Notes: a model not told the origin generated them from the sequence alone. Counted from the first letter of the stretch, positions 45,416 to 55,600 are shown. The stretch is DNA of 64,000 nt from Bacteriovoracia bacterium (GCA_050251055.1 JBFWNL010000011.1:44412-108411), one strand, 5' to 3'. A program made the numbers and translations.

Positions 45416-47410
45416 TCACTCACCGTTAATGGGATATGCATGCATAGTGACGCCGCTGACGGCGCCGTCGTGAAAGACGCAGCTTCGCGTCGTATAGTCT
45501 CCGCTGCCCTGGTAGGCGCCAAAGTTAGGCGTGTAGAAACAAGTTTCGTCCGATTCACACAGCCCGTTGTCGTTACCACCCGAGCCAATCACTTCCAAAG
45601 CGTGCCGCAGATGGGTCTGCCCGAGAGAATTCACCTGGGTCACGTTCCCGTCCACGGCCGCCGGACAGGCGGCGCCATTCACGAAGGGATCATTCAAGGT
45701 CGAGCCGTGCTCGACGTAACCCAAAAACTGATCATCCGCCGCGGAGAGACGGAAATCCCAGATACGGCAGGTGCCGGATACGCAACGATTCCGGTTGTTC
45801 ACCGCCGGGAAAGCACCGCCATCCAAGCCCCAAAGCCGGAATGGGTTCTCGAAGCGCGACCAATCCACGATCGAAGTGAAAGCCGAAAGACCGGCCGTAT
45901 TGTTGGTGTTCACGGTATCCGTGGTCGTCACCTTGCCTTTGAAGCTATTGGCGGCCGTCTTGCCCGTAACGAGCGCCGCATCCGAAGTGCCTTGATTACC
46001 GCAGGTCGTGTTGACTAACCCCGGATTCGTGCCGCCGACGACACTACAGTCGACGCCATTGCCGCCCAAGAGTATTTTTTTCGTGAACGTACTGTTATCC
46101 AAATTCTCCGCATAGATCCCGGTGGCGTTGTTCACGGCTGCCACGTCCGCGGTAGTTGTAGAATACGAATTCGTAGCAAAAAACCCGTGCGAAAGTCCAA
46201 CCGCGTTGTTCGCCAAAAGCAAATTGGAAAAAAGTTGATGGTGGCTGATCTGAGCGGTGCTTAACCCAATATCCGAGTTGACCGCCGTTGCGTGCGAAAT
46301 CGTATTATACGAAGAACCGTCGGACCAGGTCAGCGCGCCCACCCCGGCGGAACCAAGAACTTGTGAATAGTAGCTGCGAAAACTGACCGAATTCCAAAAG
46401 CCCTGAATTTCGGTGTTGCTGACGCGGATGCCGCGAAAGACGTTGTATTCGGAAAAGTTAGCAATGACCATCGCCCACTTTCCGTTAAAGACATTAACTC
46501 CTTCAAACAGGTTGCCAGTAATCCCGTCGCCGTAAAACGCGTTATTCAAGCCACCCTCCGCGCCTAGGTTCTTAAAGCGCGAAAACTTCACGGCGTTTAT
46601 CTCGACGACTGTACTGATGTTGCCACCGCTGGTCGGCGTCCCCATGTAGTTGCCTTCCACCCATATGAATTTGCGGTTAGTGGCGCTGAGCAGGCGCGTG
46701 CCGTTGCTGCCGGAATACCGAACCAGGGCGCCCTCCAGCGGCACAATCGCCACGCGGTCGGCTCCGATCACCAGGCCATCGGAGATCAGGTAGGTGTAGG
46801 GCTGGACATAATACACCGTACCGGCCGCAGACAACGTCTGCACTCCGGTACCGTTGTTCTCGATGATTTCCGAAATCGGGTTCGACCACCAAGCCGCCGC
46901 AGTCGTCTCCGCGACCGGGCAGCCGGAGCGCTGGATCTTCACTGAATTCGGCTGCCACACAAACACGCCGGCGACCTTGCTGATCAGATGTTTCAATGAA
47001 ACTTCGGGTTTCAAGCCGGTGCTGATGAAACGCGCGGTCCCGCCGGACACCTCGCACTTCCATTGAAAATGTCCCAGCGTCTCGGAAAGCGAAAGACCGT
47101 CGCAGCTCGTGTAGCCCGGTAACGAGACCTGCTTCCATTCCCCGCCGTTACGGCAAGCAGAATGAATCCCCGTCTCGGTGCCATCACAAAGCGTGGCCGG
47201 GCTTGCGGTACGGACGTAGGTGTTCCAATTCGGGGCGGCGGAAAAATAGGGCTCGACGCTCGTGCTGACCGTCGCCACGCCCGCGCAAGGCTCGACGATC
47301 GCAACTTCCGCGCTCCGCACGCCGACTTCGGCCAAAAGACAACCGGACAAGCCCACGGCAAGCGCGACCAAAGCCAGCTGACTGAGAAAGTTTTTAAAAC
47401 TCGTGCTCAT
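45416..47410 (-). CDS. Lipoprotein with probable right-handed beta-helix and Cys-rich terminal domains
   Basis: LSGC lipobox; N/G/S/T-rich stacked repeats in the centre; Cys clusters at both ends (GNDNGLCESDETC). Confidence 0.75.
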   Translation of the reverse strand: MSTSFKNFLSQLALVALAVGLSGCLLAEVGVRSAEVAIVEPCAGVATVSTSVEPYFSAAPNWNTYVRTASPATLCDGTETGIHSACRNGGEWKQVSLPGYTSCDGLSLSETLGHFQWKCEVSGGTARFISTGLKPEVSLKHLISKVAGVFVWQPNSVKIQRSGCPVAETTAAAWWSNPISEIIENNGTGVQTLSAAGTVYYVQPYTYLISDGLVIGADRVAIVPLEGALVRYSGSNGTRLLSATNRKFIWVEGNYMGTPTSGGNISTVVEINAVKFSRFKNLGAEGGLNNAFYGDGITGNLFEGVNVFNGKWAMVIANFSEYNVFRGIRVSNTEIQGFWNSVSFRSYYSQVLGSAGVGALTWSDGSSYNTISHATAVNSDIGLSTAQISHHQLFSNLLLANNAVGLSHGFFATNSYSTTTADVAAVNNATGIYAENLDNSTFTKKILLGGNGVDCSVVGGTNPGLVNTTCGNQGTSDAALVTGKTAANSFKGKVTTTDTVNTNNTAGLSAFTSIVDWSRFENPFRLWGLDGGAFPAVNNRNRCVSGTCRIWDFRLSAADDQFLGYVEHGSTLNDPFVNGAACPAAVDGNVTQVNSLGQTHLRHALEVIGSGGNDNGLCESDETCFYTPNFGAYQGSGDYTTRSCVFHDGAVSGVTMHAYPINGE

Positions 47411-47436
47411 AACGTACTACTAGGAGTTCACTTTCT

Positions 47437-47466
47437 ATTTTACCCCAAAAAGACGCGAAGCATCAA
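47437..47466 (-). promoter_or_regulatory. Sigma70-type promoter for the beta-helix lipoprotein
   Basis: TTGATG-N18-TAAAAT on minus strand, 26 nt before ATG 47410; CAATAAGTTA just upstream. Confidence 0.5.
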
Positions 47467-47493
47467 GTAGATACTTTTTTGTAACTTATTGTT

Positions 47494-48543
47494 TTAAAAA
47501 GAATATCCAGCACTAATCGTGGTCGACTTCGCCTGAATTACCACTCCGGAAACCGTTACCAACCGGAGGTCTGAAATGTCCAGCGCGAGCGACCACGAAC
47601 GGCGGTCCTCCAGGGGCCAAACCCAAGCCCAGCCCACCGCGATCTCCCGCTTTTCAAACGAGATGTCGAAGAACCCCGACCCCAGCGGAACGTACTTCAA
47701 ATACATGACCGCCGCCTGACGATTGCGGAACGTGTAACGGAGCGCGGGGTAAAGCTGGAAATTCAGGAGCCCCGTATAGCCAAAGGCGTTGTTCGTGACG
47801 AAGGTGGTGCTGTAAAAAATTCCGGTCGAGAAGGTCAGGCGCCAGGGCGAGCGCACGAAAGGAAAGACGTATCCTCCACGCACATTCGCGCCCAAAATTG
47901 AAATCGCGTTTCCCGCCACGCTGGAGCCGAGCGGAACGAAATTGAAATAGACATTGGCCCCGATATCCCAGCGCGGGGGGCCGATGAGGTAAGAGAACGA
48001 AGCCTTGAACGCGAGCGACGTCAGCGAGAACGGGGTGACGCCGGTTTGCTCGTAGCTCAAGAAGTTGAACCCGAGCGAGGGCGTAAAATGCGTAAATTTC
48101 GGCGGTTGCTTACCAAGCGTTCGACGATAGACGTCGACATCCTTGACGTAAAGATAAACTCGCTCGATCGCGACCTGGCCCTGGGGCCCGACGAGGGTGA
48201 AATCCACGTCATTTACTTCCTCGGTCACTTCAAATTCAAAAGCGAAGGCCTGATTCCTTCGGGTGGAAGCGCCAGCCTTCTTAGCGCCGTCCCAAACGAG
48301 AGCCCAAAGGGGATCCGTGAACTTACCTTCCAGCTTCACGTAAGCGGACATCTTTCCCGGAGGAGTTGAAGCGGGATTTTTACGGAAGATCAGGGGAAAG
48401 CTTGCAGCCTTCCATTCAATCCAGACCGGCGGGATATCCGGATCGTAGCGCTTGAGCTCAAGCATGGCCTCAGCCGCGCGCGCGGGCCGGACGGCGAACA
48501 CCTCGAGCGCCATCGCCGCGAAAAACACGGTAAACTTAATCAA
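47494..48543 (-). CDS. Secreted protein with C-terminal outer-membrane beta-barrel
   Basis: Signal peptide ending ARA, aromatic amphipathic strands, terminal AGYSF. Confidence 0.65.
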   Translation of the reverse strand: MIKFTVFFAAMALEVFAVRPARAAEAMLELKRYDPDIPPVWIEWKAASFPLIFRKNPASTPPGKMSAYVKLEGKFTDPLWALVWDGAKKAGASTRRNQAFAFEFEVTEEVNDVDFTLVGPQGQVAIERVYLYVKDVDVYRRTLGKQPPKFTHFTPSLGFNFLSYEQTGVTPFSLTSLAFKASFSYLIGPPRWDIGANVYFNFVPLGSSVAGNAISILGANVRGGYVFPFVRSPWRLTFSTGIFYSTTFVTNNAFGYTGLLNFQLYPALRYTFRNRQAAVMYLKYVPLGSGFFDISFEKREIAVGWAWVWPLEDRRSWSLALDISDLRLVTVSGVVIQAKSTTISAGYSF

Positions 48544-48605
48544 ACCCGAACTCCGCCCATTCCTCTCATTGTAGCATCAGGGAATCGATGGAGTGAATGT
48601 ACGAA

Positions 48606-48995
48606 TTACGGAGAGGTTGGCTCGAGCTTCAAAAAGCCGAGCTTCTGAGCGGCCGCGAAATCTTTTTGGGGAATGCGGTACGCATTGAAGGACCCCGTAG
48701 TCGCCCCGCACATTTGAATCATGGGCTGGCCGTCATCACCCTTCTTCGCTTCGAGCACGGTGACCTTGGCGCCCTGCAGCTCCCGCTGAGCCTGCTCGAT
48801 CGTCTTGCCCGCCCCCATGCCGCAGCTTTGGGTACCGTCTTTTTGGTAAATCCAAACCGAATCACCGGCCGCCGCCGCGGCTTTTTCCGGTTGCGTATTC
48901 GGCTTAGAAGAGCTCAATCCTAAGAGCGCCCCGGATCCCAGAATCAAGACCATCCCCGCCATTGCCGAACCCATCTTTCGTTTCATGCGCGGCAT
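48606..48995 (-). CDS. Small exported hypothetical protein with a Cys pair
   Basis: Hydrophobic N-terminus, DGTQSCG..MIQMCGATTG..YRI; start at ATG 48995 or 48986. Confidence 0.65.
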   Translation of the reverse strand: MPRMKRKMGSAMAGMVLILGSGALLGLSSSKPNTQPEKAAAAAGDSVWIYQKDGTQSCGMGAGKTIEQAQRELQGAKVTVLEAKKGDDGQPMIQMCGATTGSFNAYRIPQKDFAAAQKLGFLKLEPTSP

Positions 48996-49014
48996 GCTAT
49001 CATAGGACCCCACG

Positions 49015-49641
49015 ATGTCGCGCAGCGGAAAAAAAGCCGAAAAACAGCCCTGGATTCGCGAGGGCACCGAGGAAATGCTCGTCGACTCGCCCGTGGTCAA
49101 AGTCGTTCGGCAGCTTTACCGACGCCAAGATCACCCGGAACCGCGAACGCACCGCTTTTACAAACTGATTTCTCCCGACTGGTGCAACGTCATTCCCATC
49201 ACCGAAAGCGGCGCCGTAGTCTTCGTCCGACAGTTTCGCGTAGGTCCCGATCAGATGACGCTCGAGTTACCGGGCGGCATCATCGATGCCACGGATGCCG
49301 ATATCTCGGCCGCCGCCTTACGGGAGATGACCGAAGAGACGGGCTTCACTGCCGGCCCCGACGCCCAGCTCACCTCACTGGGCTGGACCCACCCCAACCC
49401 AGCCATGCAGGGGAACCGCTGCTTCAGCTTCGTGATCGGCCCCGTTCGCCAAACGCACCCACAAAAACTCGACCCCGGCGAGGACATTGAAGTGGTCGAA
49501 GTGCCCATCTCTGAAATCCCGGAGCGCTTGAGGAACGGTGAAATCTCCCACGCCCTGATGCAGACCGCATTTTTTCGCTTGGCCTTACACGCCGGCCGCG
49601 ATCTGGAGAGTTCCCTCCGCGAATACACGTGTCCACGCTAA
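49015..49641 (+). CDS. NUDIX hydrolase (ADP-ribose pyrophosphatase-like)
   Basis: VRQFR..ELPGG..AALREMTEETG Nudix box; LDPGEDIEV. Confidence 0.92.
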   Translation: MSRSGKKAEKQPWIREGTEEMLVDSPVVKVVRQLYRRQDHPEPRTHRFYKLISPDWCNVIPITESGAVVFVRQFRVGPDQMTLELPGGIIDATDADISAAALREMTEETGFTAGPDAQLTSLGWTHPNPAMQGNRCFSFVIGPVRQTHPQKLDPGEDIEVVEVPISEIPERLRNGEISHALMQTAFFRLALHAGRDLESSLREYTCPR

Positions 49642-50141
49642 GCGTCCGGCGTGTGTTCCGCGGATAAGAAAAGCAGAAAGCGCGCATCGAAGCGGCCTCC
49701 CGAATGCTTCCCACAGCAGTCCGCGCAAGCGAGCGCCCGCAGTCGCTTGCGTACCTGAAATTCCTTACGGCAGGCTGGACAAGTGTACGTGTATTTCATC
49801 GGTCGCCGCCGCGGGACCGGGTTGTAACGACTCACGCCCATCTCGACCATCTTGCGGCGAAACTGTGCCGTATGCCCGTAAGGCTTGCGGCTCAGCCACA
49901 GCCAATAGTGAATCATTTCGTGACCAAGCGTATCCCGGATGAGCCTTTCCGCTTCCGCCTCTTCGCGTAAATACAAGGCGATCTCAATAGCTGGCGCGCG
50001 TCGCCACCACAGCGTCCGATGGCCCGGCACGAACCGACCGGCGGCGATCCGCAGCCGGGAGTTCCAAACCAACTTCGGCGGCGGGAGGGTCCCCCCGAAA
50101 TGCTGGCGATTCAAGGCGTTGAATTCGGACAAAAGGTCCAT
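49638..50141 (-). CDS. SprT-like zinc metalloprotease
   Basis: HEMIH, H...F, CPAC..CADC zinc ribbon; ATG 50141. Confidence 0.88.
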   Translation of the reverse strand: MDLLSEFNALNRQHFGGTLPPPKLVWNSRLRIAAGRFVPGHRTLWWRRAPAIEIALYLREEAEAERLIRDTLGHEMIHYWLWLSRKPYGHTAQFRRKMVEMGVSRYNPVPRRRPMKYTYTCPACRKEFQVRKRLRALACADCCGKHSGGRFDARFLLFLSAEHTPDA

Positions 50142-50292
50142 CGATGCCCTACATACCAATTCGAAGCGTAGATTACTGCTCTTTGTAAGAATTACCTGAT
50201 TTATTTTATAATCTATATCCTAGCCGTGCTTGGGGGGTGAAATAATTTTTAGCAATTCCAATAAGTTCGCCTTGCGTCAATCCACTTAAAAG

Positions 50293-50308
50293 CGGTATAC
50301 GCGTTGCA
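50293..50308 (+). promoter_or_regulatory. Candidate sigma54 (-24/-12) promoter
   Basis: CGGTATACGCGTTGCA fits GG-N10-GC with TTGCA; IHF-like TTCCAATAAGTT at 50256-50267. Confidence 0.6.
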
Positions 50309-50355
50309 GTATGGGGCCCGGATAGTTGGTTTCTGAGGCTACGTTAGGAGGTACA

Positions 50356-51924
50356 TTGCAGTCACTGCGAAGAGCGGCGGCCTGGGGGCTGCTGTTTTCG
50401 TATTCTATTTCATCTGCCCACGCGGCGCCGGCGGACCTGCTTCGTCTGGTCACGGGCCCGGTGGGCCGTTACGTTTTCCAGGAAACGGAAGCGGGCGCCG
50501 AACTCGCACGCCGCCTGCTCGGTCGGCAGCTCACGTCCCAGGCAGAAGATCTCACTTACCTTGCGCAAAAAATCAGCGCGGAAGAAAAACTCGCGCCGAT
50601 CGCTTCCGCCCTGGAGCGACGCTTGATCAGCATGGAAAACGAATTGAAGCTGGGTCGCGCCGCCGGCGTGTCCCGAGAAGCGGGGGTAACGAGCCTGGAA
50701 GATGCGCTCGCGGCGAACCCTGCTCTGCGCTTGGAAGAAAAGCTGTTCCTGCAGGCGCGGGCGCTGGCGCCGGCTGTCCAGGAAGGTCTCGCCGATCTTG
50801 CTCACGCGTTGCCGGCGGAATACCAAACCCTCGGCACGCGCACCGCCCGGACCTATCGTGGAGTAGTACAAGGCGTGAAAACGCACTGGCCCCGGTTTGC
50901 GGACCGTGCCGAATCGCTGCCGGTGCAACTACGCAACGGGCTGCTCATCTCGCCAAAGGCGGCCGAGGCGAACCTTTTGAAGAAGTTTACACGCGCTGAA
51001 TTGGATGACGCCGTCACGTACCTCATGGGCAAGTACGGCATTTCCGAAGGCGAGCTGCTTCAGCGGCTGGGCAACCATCACATCAACGTCGAGGAAGTTC
51101 TGACCCGTTTTCAGCAGGGCGGCCGCCTCAATCCAGCCGGCACCGTCTTCGAGCGTATCTACGAAACCTTGGCCTGGGGACTGGTCGATCGTCAGCTGAA
51201 CCACCCCGAGTATCTCAAGAAGCTCGGCCTGCTCGTGGGCGCCGAGCTGCTCGTCACCGCGGTGGCCGAATACTACTTCCGCGGTGATAAGCTGGCCGAA
51301 GAATTTGATCTCTTCATTGGGGACGTCATCGGCTTCACCCTCACCGAGCTGATCTTAGGCTGGACGACGGCCGGGAGAGTGACGAACGAACTCTCCCGCC
51401 GCGGCGGCGTGCCGATGCCGGCGACCATCTGGTCCCGCGACTTCTCAGCCAAAGCCAAGAGCACGATGTTCCTGAAAAAAGGCATTACCGTGGGCGCCGG
51501 CGGGTTCGCCACCTGTTTCGCTGGTTTCGCAGCCTCCGAGGCGCTCAACTACTGGGACGAGCTGGACGATCCGAACTCCGCGTCCGTGTTTGAACGTTTC
51601 AAGACGGTACTTTGGCGCGCCACGCTCTCTGGCATCTCGCTCTCAATTTGGAGCAACTTTCGCTATCAATCGATGGAGGCTTTCGATCTAGCCGTAATTC
51701 GTCGTCACGTGAAGAACCCCCACCTGCGCAAAGCGGTGTACTCCAAGCTTTATGTCGCCAACAACGTAACGGGTGTTATCAGCTGGATCTGGTACGAACG
51801 CTTCATGACTTGGGCTTGGGATGAAACCGTGGGCGGTCTCCTTGGAGAAGCCGAGGCGATGGCGAAGGAACCGAATACGGTGGAAAAAGCGAACCCCGAC
51901 GCGAGCGTCGCCCCCTCCCCCTAA
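50356..51924 (+). CDS. Hypothetical exported protein, helical, with several C-terminal hydrophobic segments
   Basis: AGGAGG at 50346-50351 then TTG 50356; signal peptide ending AHA; hydrophobic Gly/Ala-rich helices in C-terminal half. Confidence 0.7.
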   Translation: MQSLRRAAAWGLLFSYSISSAHAAPADLLRLVTGPVGRYVFQETEAGAELARRLLGRQLTSQAEDLTYLAQKISAEEKLAPIASALERRLISMENELKLGRAAGVSREAGVTSLEDALAANPALRLEEKLFLQARALAPAVQEGLADLAHALPAEYQTLGTRTARTYRGVVQGVKTHWPRFADRAESLPVQLRNGLLISPKAAEANLLKKFTRAELDDAVTYLMGKYGISEGELLQRLGNHHINVEEVLTRFQQGGRLNPAGTVFERIYETLAWGLVDRQLNHPEYLKKLGLLVGAELLVTAVAEYYFRGDKLAEEFDLFIGDVIGFTLTELILGWTTAGRVTNELSRRGGVPMPATIWSRDFSAKAKSTMFLKKGITVGAGGFATCFAGFAASEALNYWDELDDPNSASVFERFKTVLWRATLSGISLSIWSNFRYQSMEAFDLAVIRRHVKNPHLRKAVYSKLYVANNVTGVISWIWYERFMTWAWDETVGGLLGEAEAMAKEPNTVEKANPDASVAPSP

Positions 51925-54353
51925 GCCTGATCGAACATCACCACGGTCGCCCCCGTCCCGCCGTGGCCGGCGCCCCCGTCCTGGAAGCTTGATACGTAAG
52001 GCAATTCATTCAAGAGTTTGCGGGTGCCCTCGCGAATCGCGCCGGTGCCCAAACCATGCACGATGGTGACCTGCATCCGGCCGGAGCGAAAGGCGCGATC
52101 CAGATAAGACTCCAATTCCGTCATCGCGTCGTCGAAGCGCTTTCCGCGTAGATCGATCGAGTCGGGCACGTGCCCCACGTCTAGCGACGAGCCCAAGCTA
52201 AACCCCCGCAGGCTGGGCCGGCTCGCGGGGCGCGTCTCCTCGGCCACCGCTTCCACTTCAAACGGAGAAAGCGTCAGCCGCATCTGCGTTTTCTCCATTT
52301 CGACTTCAATCTTGCCCTTCTTAATGGCCGCAATCTTGCCGTAGCCGTTCCACTTCGCGACGCGCACGCGCTGGCCGATCGGTAAATCGTCGGGCGCGGC
52401 AGCGGCGGCCTTATCCTGCTGTTGTTTAAGCTGTTCGGCCACTTCTGGCACGAGCTGGCGAAGCACAGAATCCACGCCGCTCGCCGTCTCATCCATGACC
52501 TTCTTGATCACCGTGCGCGTGGCCTCGACTTGCGCCCCGGTACGCCGAGCCTCGAGCATTCGGACGGAGTCACGCACTTCTTCTTTCGCGGACGACATCA
52601 AGTCCCGCAGCTTTCGGTTAAGCTCTTCCAAGATATTTTCGGTACGCACGCGGGTCTTTTCCACCCACTCGAGCTTAAGGTGCTCGGCTTCCAGGCGCAG
52701 GCGTTCGGCTTCCTGATACGCATGCTGGGTTTCGCGCAGATTACGCTCGAGCTTTGCGATATTTTCTTCGAAGTCGACGTGCTCCTTGGAAAGGTGCGCG
52801 CGCGCTAGCTCAATCACCGCGCGTGGCAACCCCAGGCGCTCGGCGGTCTCAATCGCCCGCGAGCGGCCTGGCACGCCCAGGATCAGCTGATAAGTCGGCT
52901 CGTAGCGTTTCTCGTCGAAATGCATGCTCCCATTGACGATCGCGGGATTAGCGAGCGCTAGGCTCTTAAGCTTCGGGTCGTGGGTGGTCGCGACCAGGAT
53001 AGAACCGGTACCACGTCCCTGCGACATGACCGATTCTACGAACGCGCGCGCCAGCGCCGAACCTTCTTCCGGGTCGGTGGCGGTGTTGAGCTCATCGACG
53101 AGCACGAGGCTATCTTCCGTCAGATTTTCCAAGATGTGCTTGAACTTCAGCACGTGCCCCGAAAAGCTCGATACGCTTTCTTCGATTGACTGGGAATCCC
53201 CCACATCGACGAAAACATTCCGGAAGAACGGAACCACGAGACTCCCTACGCCGGGAAAGAAGAACCCACTGCGCGCGCAAACCGCAAGCAAGCCCAGGGT
53301 CTTGAGCAGCACCGTCTTGCCACCCGTGTTCGGACCGGTCAAAAAAAGCACGCGCTGATCATCGGCCAGCTCGAGATCGTTACGGATCACCTGTTCCGGG
53401 CTGGGCAAGGTCCACCAAAGCAGCGGGTGCGCGGTTTGCTGCAGTTTTAGCTTTCGATCGGCCGTCAGCGTGAGCTTCTTGCCACCGTAGTGGCGAGCCA
53501 ACCGGGCCTTCGCTTGTACCCCATCCCAGTGCGCCACCACCCGCACGCTCGCTTCGATCGCGGGCGCCGACGGGGCGATCTGCTTCGAGGTCTCCGAGAG
53601 GATGCGGTAGATTTCTTCGTTCAGTTCGCGTTGCGTTTGACTCAGCTTCGCGTTCAGCACCGCCGCCTCCCGCGGCTCGACGAACACGGTTTGGTTGCTG
53701 ACCGAGGCTTCGTAAACTAATCCTTCGACCTTGCTTTGCAGGGAAATTTTCACCGGCAATACGTACCGGCCGTCACGGACATCCGAAAACCCCTGCTGTA
53801 ACACCCCTTGCTCGGCATATCGCTTCACGAGATCATCCATCAGGCGATCCAGTCTCGATTTGAGTTCGCGGACCTCGCCGATGAGCGCGCGTAGTTTCGG
53901 CGACGCCTGGTCGGACAGCTCCCCGCGAGGCGTAATCACGCGATTGATGATCGCGAGCACATCCAGGGGATCAAAGAGAGTGTTGAGCGCTTCCTTGAAG
54001 TACCGGCTGTGAAGCTCCTCGCGCGGCATCTGCGTCCACGCATCGAGCACGAACAGCCAAGTCCTTAGCTCGTGCAGGCCTTGAACCTCAAGCGTCGTGC
54101 CGCGCTGGAGGGCTTCCAAAGCGGCCGCCGGGTCAACCAACCCACGCAGGGGTCCCCAAAGCGCATCGCGATCGAGCAGTAACGCCATGTCCTGGGTTTC
54201 GACCTGCATCTGCTCGGCCGCCCGCAGCTCCCCCGCCCAGGCACGAGGGTCCTTCAACCGTTCCAGCGATTGAGCGCCTGGCTCAGAGCAAGCTTCCGCA
54301 AGCGCGAGGTCGATCCATTTATCCCAGTCGAGGGCCCGAGATGGTTGCATCAT
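51921..54353 (-). CDS. mutS2: Endonuclease MutS2
   Basis: TGPNTGGKT, QSIEESVSSFSGH, DELNTATDP, coiled coil, KOW-like segment, Smr domain IDLRG..IVHGLGTG. Confidence 0.95.
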   Translation of the reverse strand: MMQPSRALDWDKWIDLALAEACSEPGAQSLERLKDPRAWAGELRAAEQMQVETQDMALLLDRDALWGPLRGLVDPAAALEALQRGTTLEVQGLHELRTWLFVLDAWTQMPREELHSRYFKEALNTLFDPLDVLAIINRVITPRGELSDQASPKLRALIGEVRELKSRLDRLMDDLVKRYAEQGVLQQGFSDVRDGRYVLPVKISLQSKVEGLVYEASVSNQTVFVEPREAAVLNAKLSQTQRELNEEIYRILSETSKQIAPSAPAIEASVRVVAHWDGVQAKARLARHYGGKKLTLTADRKLKLQQTAHPLLWWTLPSPEQVIRNDLELADDQRVLFLTGPNTGGKTVLLKTLGLLAVCARSGFFFPGVGSLVVPFFRNVFVDVGDSQSIEESVSSFSGHVLKFKHILENLTEDSLVLVDELNTATDPEEGSALARAFVESVMSQGRGTGSILVATTHDPKLKSLALANPAIVNGSMHFDEKRYEPTYQLILGVPGRSRAIETAERLGLPRAVIELARAHLSKEHVDFEENIAKLERNLRETQHAYQEAERLRLEAEHLKLEWVEKTRVRTENILEELNRKLRDLMSSAKEEVRDSVRMLEARRTGAQVEATRTVIKKVMDETASGVDSVLRQLVPEVAEQLKQQQDKAAAAAPDDLPIGQRVRVAKWNGYGKIAAIKKGKIEVEMEKTQMRLTLSPFEVEAVAEETRPASRPSLRGFSLGSSLDVGHVPDSIDLRGKRFDDAMTELESYLDRAFRSGRMQVTIVHGLGTGAIREGTRKLLNELPYVSSFQDGGAGHGGTGATVVMFDQA

Positions 54354-54430
54354 GCGCCTGGCTTATATCGCAGAAAACCTTTGTTTCCAATAAGTTATCG
54401 TTATCATTAGAGTTTTGACGCTCTGCATTT

Positions 54431-54446
54431 GGGCACGGGACTTGTA
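54431..54446 (+). promoter_or_regulatory. Candidate sigma54 promoter with variant -12
   Basis: GGGCACGGGACTTGTA fits GGCAC-N5-TTGT; TTCCAATAAGTTA at 54385-54397. Confidence 0.5.
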
Positions 54447-54470
54447 TTTAATTAACTCTAATTTTCTCTT

Positions 54471-55049
54471 ATGAAGACGAAGCAGCTCATCCCAACCGGC
54501 GCGGAAATCCTGGAATCTCAAGGAGTTCCCTCAGCCGAACGCATCGTGATCCTCGGTAATGCCGGGGCTGGAAAATCTACATTGTCCAAGGAACTTGGAT
54601 CGAAGTTAGACATTCGTCCAACTCATCTGGATCAGCTTTACTGGCAGTCGGGGAACACGCACCTAACGGATGAGGAGTTCACAGAACGCCACCAGCAGGC
54701 GCTGGGCGCTTCTCGGTGGATCTTCGACGGCAACTACCTGCACACGCTTTCAGAGCGCGTCGCCTCGGCGGATACGGTGGTTTTCCTGGATTTGCCGCTG
54801 CGGATCTGCGTCCCACGCATTATCAAGCGGCGGATGATGTATCGGCCGGCCTCGCCGCTGCGTCCCCAGGACGGCAGCGCCGACCGCCTCACTCCCACCT
54901 TGCTCAAGTACGTGTTTCAATTCAACCGTACGAGGCGCCCCACCATCGTCGAAAAGCTCAAGGCACTCGAAGCTCAAGGCGCCAAAAAAGTCTACTGGCT
55001 ACGAACCTTGGACGATGTCGAAGTTTTTCGGAAAACGCTGCGTCTTTAG
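54471..55049 (+). CDS. Adenylate-kinase-like P-loop protein (FlaR/topology modulation family)
   Basis: GNAGAGKST, HLDQLYW, WIFDGNY, ADTVVFLD. Confidence 0.85.
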   Translation: MKTKQLIPTGAEILESQGVPSAERIVILGNAGAGKSTLSKELGSKLDIRPTHLDQLYWQSGNTHLTDEEFTERHQQALGASRWIFDGNYLHTLSERVASADTVVFLDLPLRICVPRIIKRRMMYRPASPLRPQDGSADRLTPTLLKYVFQFNRTRRPTIVEKLKALEAQGAKKVYWLRTLDDVEVFRKTLRL

Positions 55050-55063
55050 ATCGAGAGATCGAG

Positions 55064-55522
55064 TTAATACCCACCGCCGCACTGGCGGGCGATCGGGACT
55101 ACCTTCTCCCGCGAATTGCAGCCGAAGCTACCCAAGCGCTCACAAACCGCGTCCACGCATTTTCCGTCCACATTTCCGCGACAAGCATTCGCCACCTGCG
55201 TGACCTCGTTCAGATCGTCACAGTCATACTTACTCAGCTTCCCGCAAACCGTATCGAGACAAGCCGAGCCGTAATTGCCGCGGCAGGCACGCGTAACGGA
55301 GGAGACTTCGTCGGTGCGGTCGCAGCCGAACTTACCCAAGCGATCGCATGCGCTCTTCACGCAGTTCGTGGGATCTACGGGGCAATCCTGCATGGACGGG
55401 TTAGCCAAGCCTGCCGCTTGATCGGTGTAAAACTGATCTACGAGCTGCCCAACGGAAGGAGCGCCGGCCTGCGCCGCGGAAACTAGGACAAGGCCCAAAA
55501 CCATTAAAGAGAAACTTTTCAT
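55064..55522 (-). CDS. Secreted Cys-rich protein with three 4-Cys repeats
   Basis: Signal peptide ending AQA; three repeats of about 34 aa: C...C..L....C.....V...A..CRGN. Confidence 0.8.
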   Translation of the reverse strand: MKSFSLMVLGLVLVSAAQAGAPSVGQLVDQFYTDQAAGLANPSMQDCPVDPTNCVKSACDRLGKFGCDRTDEVSSVTRACRGNYGSACLDTVCGKLSKYDCDDLNEVTQVANACRGNVDGKCVDAVCERLGSFGCNSREKVVPIARQCGGGY

Positions 55523-55600
55523 GAAACCATCCCCTTTTTTCCAGTAGTAGACGGTTTCTTCCCAAAACTCCAGCCCGGGAAAAGCAGTTTCTAAAGGGAT

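Noticed and set aside
49015-55049. NUDIX, SprT, MutS2 and P-loop kinase as an anti-phage defence island
   Set aside because: Alternating orientations, common housekeeping families, no operon structure or mobility genes
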